In this document: in pieces, positions 20,241 through 30,600 of the stretch
How the letters are laid out: every line of letters starts with the position of its first letter
Numbering within the stretch: position 1 is the stretch's first letter
Source: Bacteroidales bacterium
GTDB taxonomy: Bacteria > Bacteroidota > Bacteroidia > Bacteroidales > P3
NCBI GenBank assembly: GCA_031256055.1
Contig: JAIRRI010000199.1
Location: forward strand, 5,272 to 69,271
DNA: 64,000 bases
Direction of reading: 5' to 3'
Made by a program: the position numbers and the translations under genes
The notes under the pieces: model-generated
Seen by the model: the letters and a program-made list of their open reading frames with translations, nothing else
Told to the model about the DNA's origin: nothing
Database searches by the model: none

Positions 20241-22085
20241 TTACTCCACTGTCACGGATTTCGCCAAATTCCGCGGCTGGTCAACATTGCAGCCTTTCAA
20301 AGTGGCAATGTGATACGCCAAAAGTTGCAACGGAATACACGCTAAAATCGGCACGAGCATTTCTTCCGTTTCCGGAATTTCGATGCAAAAATCCGAGATG
20401 TTTTTCACTGTAGTGTCGCCTTTTGTAACGATAGAAATGATGCGGGCTTTACGCGCTTTTACTTCTTGAATATTGCTCACGATTTTGTCGTAATGGCCTT
20501 TGTTAGTTGCAATCACAACCACGGGCATTTCGGAATCAATCAGCGCAATCGGGCCGTGTTTCATTTCGGCAGCAGGATAACCTTCGGCGTGAATGTAAGA
20601 AATTTCTTTAAGTTTTAGCGCACCTTCGAGAGCCAACGGATAATTGTAGCCGCGACCGAGATACAGGAAATTTTTCGAGTAGGTAAATATCTTTGAAAAA
20701 TCTTTAATCTGTTCGTTCAATTTTAAAGTTTCCTCAATCTTTTCAGGCATTTCCGAAAGGTCTTTGATGATTTCCAAATACCGTTCGTCGCTAATGGTTT
20801 TCATTTCTTTGGCTAAAACCAAACCGACCAATATCAATGCTGTAACTTGTGCAGTAAACGCTTTTGTGGACGCTACGCCGATTTCGGGACCTGCATGCAT
20901 ATACGTTCCGCTATCTGTCAAACGTGGAATTGACGAACCTACAACATTGCAAATACCATATACAAATGCGCCGGCTTTTTTCGCTAACTCGATCGCAGCA
21001 AGCGTATCCGCAGTTTCACCTGATTGCGAAATGGCAATCACCACATCATCTTTGTAGATGATCGGATTGCGATAACGAAATTCGGAAGCGTATTCCACCT
21101 CAACAGGAATTCGTGTCAATTCTTCAATGATGTATTCGCCTATAAGCCCTGCGTGCCAAGATGTTCCACAGGCTACAATTAAAATTCGACGAGCCTTCAT
21201 GAACTTATCTTTGTTATCGATAATTCCCGAAAGGGCAACCTGCGTGAGGTCTGTCGAAATTCGTCCACGCATGCTGTCACGCAACGTTTTCGGTTGTTCG
21301 AAAATTTCTTTCAGCATGAAATGCGGAAAATCGCCTTTTTCTAAGGCTTCCAAGCTCATTTCAAGTGTTTGTATGCGGGGTGTTTTTTTTACATTTTTGA
21401 GGGTTGTCACTTTTATTTTTTTGCCACGTTCCAAAACCACTATCTCTTCATCGTTGAGATACACGACATCTTTGGTGTATTCAACAATCGGCGATGCATC
21501 TGATCCAAGCAAAAACTCATCCTCACCAACGCCCACTACTAATGGACTTCCTTTACGAGCAGCAATTAGCATATCAGGATTTTCTTTACTCAAAATTGCG
21601 ATTGCATAAGCACCTGTAACTTGCGACAGCGCTAATTGAACGGCTCGAACCAAATCCGTTTTTTCGGTTACTTTAATGTAATCGATGAGTTGTACTAAAA
21701 CTTCCGTATCTGTATCGCTCTGAAACGTGCGTCCACGCGACATTAGCTCTTCTTTGAGAACACTGTAATTTTCAATAATTCCGTTGTGAATAAGTGCCAA
21801 ACATTCGTTTTCGGAAAAGTGTGGATGTGCATTTTTATCGTTGGGTTCACCGTGCGTGGCCCAACGCGTGTGAGCAATTCCAATGGTTCCCGAAATATTT
21901 TTATCTTTGATAAAATGTTCCAAATCGGCAACTTTTCCTTTGGTTTTGTAAACACTGAGTTGATGATTATCGTTAATCAAAGCAATGCCTGCGCTGTCAT
22001 ATCCACGATATTCCAAGCGTTTCAAGCCTTTGATCAAAATTGGATAGGCTTGTTTTTTTCCGATGTAGGCAACTATTCCGCACAT
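20241..22085 (-). CDS. glmS: glutamine--fructose-6-phosphate aminotransferase
   Basis: 614 aa with an N-terminal MCGIVAYIG Ntn amidotransferase domain, two SIS domains and a C-terminal NLAKSVTVE. Confidence 0.97.
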   Translation of the reverse strand: MCGIVAYIGKKQAYPILIKGLKRLEYRGYDSAGIALINDNHQLSVYKTKGKVADLEHFIKDKNISGTIGIAHTRWATHGEPNDKNAHPHFSENECLALIHNGIIENYSVLKEELMSRGRTFQSDTDTEVLVQLIDYIKVTEKTDLVRAVQLALSQVTGAYAIAILSKENPDMLIAARKGSPLVVGVGEDEFLLGSDASPIVEYTKDVVYLNDEEIVVLERGKKIKVTTLKNVKKTPRIQTLEMSLEALEKGDFPHFMLKEIFEQPKTLRDSMRGRISTDLTQVALSGIIDNKDKFMKARRILIVACGTSWHAGLIGEYIIEELTRIPVEVEYASEFRYRNPIIYKDDVVIAISQSGETADTLAAIELAKKAGAFVYGICNVVGSSIPRLTDSGTYMHAGPEIGVASTKAFTAQVTALILVGLVLAKEMKTISDERYLEIIKDLSEMPEKIEETLKLNEQIKDFSKIFTYSKNFLYLGRGYNYPLALEGALKLKEISYIHAEGYPAAEMKHGPIALIDSEMPVVVIATNKGHYDKIVSNIQEVKARKARIISIVTKGDTTVKNISDFCIEIPETEEMLVPILACIPLQLLAYHIATLKGCNVDQPRNLAKSVTVE

Positions 22086-22105
22086 ATTGTTAGGTATTTT
22101 TGGTT

Positions 22106-22169
22106 GTCATGTCGAACATAGTTGAAACATCCCATAGTAAGGGGATTCCTCAACTATGTTCGACATGAC
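22106..22169. repeat. long palindromic intergenic repeat (20-bp perfect arms) between glmS and the upstream gene
   Basis: GTCATGTCGAACATAGTTGA (22106-22125) pairs with TCAACTATGTTCGACATGAC (22150-22169). The loop contains a second small stem, ATCCC/GGGAT. The core is shared with the element at 45285-45365. Confidence 0.8.
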
Positions 22170-22171
22170 GG

Positions 22172-23665
22172 TTAGGGTAAAACTGAGTACACTATCTCTA
22201 ATCTCATACGTCTATCTCCGTGAGCTTTAGAAGGCCCGTAAATAGTCGTAATATCAGGAAGCGTATGCTGAGTGCTTGAAAAGAGTGTTAAAGGGACGTT
22301 TGGAGCGAGCGTATCTAACAAAAGGTTTTGGATGTGGCGGGTGAGAAAGATGCGATATTCAGACTTCTTTTCATTGAATTGTCCGCCTATAAATGAGCTG
22401 TGATCGCGTATGCCAAATATCGTGTCGGCAGCTACTCGATGTCCGATGTTGAGCTGTGTTGCTGGTTTGAAACGTTCTTCGGGTTTGACATTTATCACCA
22501 AACAAGCTTGGTTGATTACGATACTTTTATTATCATGCCTACTGCTAACAGTTTCTGCAAACTTACGAATGTCGGGCATTTGCACACGAACGAGCGAACC
22601 ATAAAACGATTGTAAAAAAACCATTTCTTGGCCCGAAGTTGTATCGCCTACAATCGTACCGTCACCAAGTTGAGCTCTAAGTAGGCTGTTGAGTTCTCCA
22701 GAGCCTTTAGTGTTATCTATGTTGATATAGTTGTAAGTCATACCTCCATTCCAAAAAAGATAAAACGAATAATCTCGATATCGCGATACTGTATCGCCTT
22801 CATTGCGATAAAACACTCGGATACCCGGAGTACCATGGTATTCAGTGGCAAAATTGAAACTGACAACATTTCCACGACCGGGCGATGTTTCGGGATGAGC
22901 TTCGAAATAAAGGCCGGGAATTTCTCTCAAAAATGTATTCAAGGGTTCGTCACTCGCACTCGGTAATGCTGCTTTTCGACTTGCTTCCAAAAGTTTTTTT
23001 GCATATTCTTTACCTTCGAAATGGTTGAGTGGAATTTTCAAAATCGGAAGTGGTAATTTGGTTTGACCGGATGTGTCTGAAGGGTCTACAACCGAATCTC
23101 GAAAATCAGAAGGATTGATGGTGTAATCTCGTAACAGCGAGCCTGATCTTTGGTCACGATACTGCTTGCTATAGTACTTGTTGTTGAATGTTGAGTCGTT
23201 ATTAAGCACGGGGTCTATAAGTTCGCCAATGTTTATTCTGATTGGATCCGTAGGAAAGCCATCTTCGGAAGGATACGATCGTCCGTATGCAAAAAGGATA
23301 AAAACCGAGTCAATATGTTCAGGTTCTTTTGTTACTGAGTCATGAGTAAGAAGATTGGGATCCCACATTTGGGTAATCAGGTTCACGGTGAGCGTTCCAA
23401 ACGTCTCACTGTTGTAACTCCCCAAAGAATAAACCGCCCGTCCGCTGGTTACGGCAGAATCATCGGCTATGGTATAGGCTACGAGTCGAAGGGAAGCCGT
23501 TGTATCGTCAAACACGGCAAAAATATATTCATCACCGGGTTGGAGCCCTCCGCCAATGATGGAGGCCAAGTCCTTTTTGCAAGATAGTAATGCTAAAGAA
23601 AGCGCGCAAACGAGAATAAGAAAACTAAAAAAAGAGTTATGTTTAATTCGATGAAAAATGGTCAT
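22172..23665 (-). CDS. lipoprotein, probably DUF4270 family
   Basis: 497 aa with the lipoprotein signal LALLSCKKD. Its position beside the short glycogen-synthase-like gene and glmS matches the usual Bacteroidota DUF4270 context. The family call is from memory of that synteny and was not searched. Confidence 0.5.
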   Translation of the reverse strand: MTIFHRIKHNSFFSFLILVCALSLALLSCKKDLASIIGGGLQPGDEYIFAVFDDTTASLRLVAYTIADDSAVTSGRAVYSLGSYNSETFGTLTVNLITQMWDPNLLTHDSVTKEPEHIDSVFILFAYGRSYPSEDGFPTDPIRINIGELIDPVLNNDSTFNNKYYSKQYRDQRSGSLLRDYTINPSDFRDSVVDPSDTSGQTKLPLPILKIPLNHFEGKEYAKKLLEASRKAALPSASDEPLNTFLREIPGLYFEAHPETSPGRGNVVSFNFATEYHGTPGIRVFYRNEGDTVSRYRDYSFYLFWNGGMTYNYINIDNTKGSGELNSLLRAQLGDGTIVGDTTSGQEMVFLQSFYGSLVRVQMPDIRKFAETVSSRHDNKSIVINQACLVINVKPEERFKPATQLNIGHRVAADTIFGIRDHSSFIGGQFNEKKSEYRIFLTRHIQNLLLDTLAPNVPLTLFSSTQHTLPDITTIYGPSKAHGDRRMRLEIVYSVLP

Positions 23666-23695
23666 GTCAAAAATCTTACAGGTAGTAATTGGTGC

Positions 23696-24502
23696 TTATT
23701 TCGAGAGAATTTTAGTATAGAATTTGGTTGCATTGGCAAAAAATGTTTCTTCGCCTTTGTAAGACATAACAGGCGTACGCGTTTTTTTCGCGTATGCGAT
23801 AAGTTCCGGATCAACGCCTTCTTCGGCAATGATGACGCCATCGGCCAAATCAATGGCGGCTTTCATCATATCCATGTAAGACGTGTCTTCATAGCGCGCC
23901 AAATCTTTTGTCGGAATATTATCAAACTTAAGTTTGTTGATCAATTTTTTATTGATTTTTCCTTTAAACGCGTCGTCGTAAAGAGAAATGATTATTTTCA
24001 CATCTTTGTATTTCGGGTTGTTTTTGTAAAACCTCCGAATATAAAGTGGCAATAGGCTTGCGAACCAACCTTTGATGTGCACCAAATCAGGTGTCCAGCC
24101 TAATTTAGTGGTTGTTTCAACCACACCGCGTGCGAAAAAAATCAGTTTGGTATCCGTATCATCGTAGGGCTTTCCCGTTTTGTCAAGATGGGCTTTTTTA
24201 CCGAAAAAATCTTCGTTATCTACAAAATAAATTTGCATCTTAGCAATCGGCAACGATGCTACTTTCATGATAAGCGGATAATCCACATCATTGATCACAA
24301 TGTTCATTCCCGAAAGCCGAATCACTTCATGAAGTTGATTTCGACGTTCGTTGATAACTCCGTATTTGGGCATGAATACACGGATGTCGCTTTGATTTTC
24401 TTGTGCGAATTGGGGCAAATGCCGTGCTGCAAGAGCCAATGAAGAGTCCTTAGTGTAAGGAACCATTTCTTGGCTTACATACAAGATTTTTGGTTTATCC
24501 AT
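23696..24502 (-). CDS. short glycogen/starch-synthase-like protein (GT5 N-terminal domain only)
   Basis: 268 aa. The opening MDKPKILYVSQEMVPYTK...LPQ resembles the GT5 N-terminal domain. A -7 box TAACTTTG lies at 24526-24533 on the minus strand. Confidence 0.6.
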   Translation of the reverse strand: MDKPKILYVSQEMVPYTKDSSLALAARHLPQFAQENQSDIRVFMPKYGVINERRNQLHEVIRLSGMNIVINDVDYPLIMKVASLPIAKMQIYFVDNEDFFGKKAHLDKTGKPYDDTDTKLIFFARGVVETTTKLGWTPDLVHIKGWFASLLPLYIRRFYKNNPKYKDVKIIISLYDDAFKGKINKKLINKLKFDNIPTKDLARYEDTSYMDMMKAAIDLADGVIIAEEGVDPELIAYAKKTRTPVMSYKGEETFFANATKFYTKILSK

Positions 24503-24636
24503 TATCGTCAGGGTATATCTTTCTGCAAAGTTACGAAAAATTATTGGATTTTCAAAATTTTAGAGGTTTTTTTGCTGTTAAAAAATTTTTGTTAACAAAA
24601 AACGAAACAAAATTTGTTTTTTTAAACTTAATTGCG

Positions 24637-24644
24637 TATTTTTG
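24637..24644 (+). promoter_or_regulatory. -7 box (TATTTTTG) upstream of the 2697-aa gene
   Basis: TAnnTTTG match 28 nt upstream of the ATG at 24672. Confidence 0.45.
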
Positions 24645-24671
24645 CAGCAATTTTAAAGGTGAAAAATAGTT

Positions 24672-27600
24672 ATGAAAATGCAATTTGTACGTAGATTTTT
24701 TTCTGCTTTGTGGCGTTCGAAGGCGTTGCGGGTGGGATATTTAACATTGGGACTCTTGTTAGTTGGCAGTGTGGGACTTGCGCAAACGATGAATTATAAC
24801 ATATTAACTTCCGGCGGACCACTTCTCAGTTCTCCGACATTTATAAATAATCAATTCTGCTTAAACAAAACGGGTACCGACCAGCATACGGTTCAAATCG
24901 CCATCGAACGACCCAACGACCCTGCGTTTATTAATTGGACAATCAACAATGCCAATTGGAGCGTTCCTGCACAATTTTCACCTCCCTCAACGACACTACT
25001 CCCAATTGAAGTTAATGGCATATTCTATGACAGGCTAAATCTTATTCTTACCTTCAATCCGGATATACGTGATGTTGAAATAGGCGGAACTTTTACCGCT
25101 ACATGGCAAGGGGGACAAACCACCCATATTGCTACAACGTCCTTCTACATGTTGCCCCCAACGTCAATGGTGGATACGATTATTATTGTTCCTTTACCGA
25201 TTTGCCAGGACAGCACGATTATATTCATAGCTCGAAATTACTCCGATGATAAAGCAAATTTGCCATACGGGGAGCTTACCTACGAATGGAAAGTTGAAAA
25301 TATCAACAACCCAATTACATCGTATGTGACTTCACAGAGCGGTACGATTACAGAATCATCCATCACTGTATCTAACTATCAACCTGAGTACACCAAAGTT
25401 ACAGTTCAGCGTGCGTTTTGCAATATTGATAATCTAAATACTCTGAAGAGAGAGCGGAATGTCGATCGCGGCATAGAGTTCAACGCCAATCCGCCATTGG
25501 ATACAACGAATAGCAACATGTATGGGCGGCGTCAAGATCAGATCCATCGAATGATTTGGTGGAACGACGATCCAGGTATACCCAATACCAGTAAAGAAGC
25601 ATTCGGTGATTGGAAAATGACTTCCATGAATATTCCGGTTTGTGTCAATTATTTGAACATGGGCGGAACGTATGGTCGTTTGCAGTCCGTTAGTAATAAT
25701 CTGGTCAACAATGGATTTGCAGCCACTGTTCTTGAAGGAGACCAAGGTCCGGAGCAAGCACAAGTTGCACAAGGATTTTTGTTTTTTCAAGTCGGCGATG
25801 CGCCTGATACGTCTGTGTCGTATGTTTGGATTTATGACACGGCATTAGTCGAACGTATGTATGTTGGAGCCGGTACTTCTTGGGGAGCAACAGATCCCGG
25901 TGTTAGTCCAAGGCGTTGGGCTTCGCCCGATCCGAAGATTCGACCTGGAGGCGGAGGCGGATTTGGCGACATTGTATTTGGCGATACGAATACGTTCCGT
26001 GCCATTTTCCGAATCAAAGCACATTCGCCTGAACGCAGAGCCGAACTTGCAGCACGATACCAAGGGGATGGAATTGAAATCAAGGTTGCGGCGATTGGTC
26101 GCAATTGTTCCGATCCAACTACGCCAAGCGGATTTTATCAAAATGATACGATAAGTACCGGAAACATCGGAGTAGCATGGGATACCACCAAACCCATGAA
26201 CAATTTTACAATTACAAAAATGACCACCAATAACTTTTTGGCAGAAGATGTATGGAATTCAAGTTGTCTTGAAACGGTGGCTTATTTTGCGATTAATCGC
26301 AGCAGCACTCAGACGCTTTGGGATTTGCAAAGTTTGAAAGATTCGTTCAACATTTCAAGGTTTGATGGTGGTGCAACTTCCGGAATTTCGGGTTATCCAA
26401 GATTTTCGGATTCTACAAGTACACAAGCAGGTCCACCTCTTGTGGTTCGTAGCTTCGTGCAAGTCAGTGATCCCACTTATGCTATACAGGAGCAAACCAC
26501 GACTTACTACAAATATGTGGTTGGAGCCAATCAGTGTTTCCATCGAAATGTGTCTGCCATTTCTATTCAAGGACAGTTTGCAAGTCCAAACGATACAAGT
26601 TGGGCTCGAATCCACGCATTCGATGTCCAAAAAAAGCCATTACGACCTCAAATTTTTGACATTTCAGGGTCATTACCGCGCCCCATAACGCCTTGTATTC
26701 CGGATCCGGAAAATCCCGATGAATATATATGCGGAACTCGACTTATAGATACACTTTTTATTTGTTGGAATCCGCTATTTGATAACACAGGTCAACCCAT
26801 GGGAAATCCGGGAGAATATTACGGTGTAAGGTATCTTTTAGCCAACGACAACGATAGTTTGTCGTCCAGTGGGAGTGTATTTAATCAGTTTGGTTCAACA
26901 CGATCTTTGATAAGCCCTATAGGTTTTGAATTTTTCCACGGATGGACTACACCTGTTGATAATGGCAGCGTTTTCGGGCGTCCACGCTTTATGGGTGCTC
27001 GTTTCCACGCTGACATGACAAATGGGCCAATAAACGTTCGTCGCTCTGAAGTGGAGATTTATGCTCAAAATCATAATGCCGATCCAGAGGGTTTTCTGAT
27101 GTTTGCGGCTCAAGGGATATGCGGAATTAGTGAACCGGTGATTGTTCCGTATGTCTTGAGAGATACGTTTAGCGAGCGTCTCCCCGTGCGTTATACGTTG
27201 ACCCCAACGATTGACGCCTCTTGGCAAAGTTGGGATGTTATGGCAGATCAGACCTTTTGTGAAGGCGGCGATATCTATTTTCAGGTTCCCGGAGACAAAT
27301 ATCGTCCTCTAAACCACACTGTGGTTTGTGAACATCCCAATTCGTGGAGAAGTTATCCCGGTACGCACACACCTGACGGTGAATTTTTACAGTTCAGAGT
27401 TACCGTAGGCAAGGATATCGGACGAGTTTCATTTCACACCGTTAATCAGTGTGGAGGAAATACAGGAGTATATTCGCCTGAAGTCAAGCCTATCGAGTAT
27501 TTTCGATTACCAAAAAACAAATGGGAACAGTTTTGGGATACCGTTTGTCAAGATGAAATTGTGTCTTACGTCTTACCATTCTCAAAAGACAGTATAATAA

Positions 27601-30600
27601 ATGGTGGCGGAGTTTTAGGGGACTTTTATATCCGATTTCCAAATGATTGGAGAATTTTGGGGTACAATTCTTTCGGAAGTTTACCTGTAGGACCTAATTT
27701 TGATACGATTTCACAAGGCAATTTATGGTTTTTTGGAAATGCATCGCCGCATATAAATTCGTTAAACTACAGGGTTGAAACAGGAGTGAGAAGCGGATTT
27801 GTTGAAGTCCGTTGGAAAGTTTTAGGTTGTGATCTTCAGCCCGAATATTACGGACTGCCCAGGATTCGACCTGCATGGTGGGACAGTATACCCGTGATCA
27901 CACATATCTACCCCAAAGCGCCTGATACAACGGGCGGAGGTTGGGCTGATACGGTTTGTGCAAGAACAGAACTTCAACTCAGCGTGAAAGCTGTTGGAGT
28001 CGACACCTTGCATGAAGTTAACAACTTCTATGCTTGGACACTTCCGAAGGAATGGGAGTTGTTAAGCGCAAATGAATTCAGGCAAATGCCCGACGGCTCA
28101 TTCCTGCCGATAGGAAAGACCGTAACCGTACTGACTGCACCAACGAAACAAGACGTATCCGATACAATTATTGTAAGAGCATACAGTCTTTGCGATGAAG
28201 AACATGAGCCTGTCGGAACGTTGAGGTGGCCTGTTTGGGTTTGGGATACCGTTCCGATACACAATAATATGATCTTCGACATATTCTTGGATCCAATAGG
28301 GCAAGTTCAAAGAAAACCTTGCGAAGATAGTATTTTGGGGCTTTTTGTAAACAATCTGCCCGCCAATGATGTGGAATCGGTTACTTGGTATTGGAGCACA
28401 AGCGGAAACATCAATAATCCTATTTGGACAAGTTACAACCCTGCTTGGGCATACGACCCTGCTGCCGACACGTTATTCAACTATTGGACGGTTTACGATT
28501 TTGAACTCGGTATGGAAGTTTCCGACACATTGAAATTCTTTTTGCAAGGCGGACAACCGCATGAGAACTACAAACCATTACATCTTCAAGTAGGCGTCAA
28601 TAATCGATGTGGCGCAAGCCGTTTGTCGATGGTGTTAGAACCGGGACAAGTGATTCCGAACACTGCTATACCCGTATTTTCAGCGTTTAAAGACACGTTT
28701 TGTTTTGGCGAGGAATTTGTATTCGCGATAGACACTTCAGGAGTCAACAGCATTTTCCAAAATGCCGACCATCTCATTTGGACGCTAACACAAAATAATG
28801 GAGCCAATACACTTTTTGAAACCACTATTTACGACTCGTATGAATTCAGACTGAGAGTAACAGACACAGGAGTATTGTCGGTAACGCCCAGAAACAATTG
28901 CAGCCCTGATACACGCTCTACCGACTCCACAATCCTTGAAGTGAGACGATCTACTTTTGCGCCGAGTTTGGCAGATTTCGCAGGATGGGGACGTGAAGTG
29001 TGGTCGAGCGGCAACTTGTTGTACGTGTTGGATACCGTATGTACATGGGAAAATTTCTCTTGGAAAGTTGTGCCAAATCTTAATGATTCGGAGTTAACGG
29101 ATTTTGAAAAATTTGAATGGATGATTTTAGACGATGATGTTACGCTCAACACTACGTTTTTCACTACGAGCAGCATTGCAAACGACTCTGTTCGTGTTGC
29201 CCTTGGCGCTAAGCCTCGTAATATGTGGGTTGGTGTTGCAGGTGTGCGAACAGGTTGTGTGGATATGTTTGGAAATGATGTAGTTGGAGACACATTGAAA
29301 ATTCAGTTGGTTTCGGTAGATACGGTTCAAGCACCTTCTGATTGGAGAATTCGAATTTCTGATGGCTCTATTTGTTCCGGTGATACGAGAAGGCTTTGTC
29401 ATATTTATCCTCTTAATGCCACAGATAACGATTTACCATTTGGTTATCGTTGGTATTGGTCGGCAAACAGCGATCCAACTTGGCAATTCGTAGGTGATAA
29501 CACTCAGGAATGCGTAGATGTTGTGGTTGGACAAACTCCTGGTACTCTTAATGTGGTATCAACAACAGGAAAGTATTGTTTACAGCCTTTACAAAATAGA
29601 GTTCCGAAGGTGACTGTGATTGATCCTGAACCGTTACCGGAATTAGACGGAATTACTGTCGGCTATGATGATGTTGTAAGCGATACGGTTTGTTCGTTGG
29701 CTGAACTGAAAATTGCGGCAGTTCCAAATTTTGAATCAAGGGTGCACGGCTACCGATTTACGCTGTATCAGCAAACAATCGATCCAAGGAATTTCAATGT
29801 TTCACCGAATTTCAGCATTTTGTCAGACGTTATTCAAACCGAAAATACGTTTACATTCCCAATTGAAGATTGGGCGTACAACAAAATCATTGTTGAGGTG
29901 CGGGCTATTGATAGCACCACTTGTGAGCGTCCGCAGTTTAGCGCACCATTGAGAGATACAGTTACGATTATAAACAGTCCAAGAATAGCACTCATAGGCG
30001 ATATGTCGCCTTGTATCGACAGTACGATAGTTTATACGGTGAAACGTTCCGATCCTTATGTAACGTTTGAGTTAGACTATACTAATAAAAGTGAAACTAT
30101 AATTGTTACACCTACTCCGCCTGACATGCCTGATATTATTGTTGTGGATTTCCTTCAAAGTACGGAGCCCGATAGAGACAGCGTACAATTTATATTTTCT
30201 AATATTCGAGGGTATTGTTCTGATGAGGATTATCCGAGAGAAGATCAAATTTATACCATTTATGCCGATACGTTCCCAACGATTAATTTTGAGGTATTTG
30301 AAAACAGGTCATTAACGTGTATGGACGATACGCTGATCATTACCGTTGAAAAATATACAGATTACAACGTGTATTTCAATTATAAATTTTCGACTGCCGC
30401 CGCTGATACAATCAGAGGTTGGAGAATGATTTATCACAGCGAAATTTATGACACGGTTGTGTTGCTTGCTCCGATCTATCGCAGTGGAGATTCTTGGATT
30501 GATACGATTCGCGTGAGCGCCGTCGGAAGTTGCGGAACGAGTGAAGCGAAAGTCCTTTTAGTTCCCGTTGAACGGCGAACAACCTATAACAACATCCTTA

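Noticed and set aside
22086-22171. A possible glmS ribozyme or leader structure upstream of glmS.
   Set aside because: The only structure in this 86-nt gap is a copy of a dispersed palindromic repeat. It has no resemblance to the glmS ribozyme core, and that ribozyme is not expected in this phylum.
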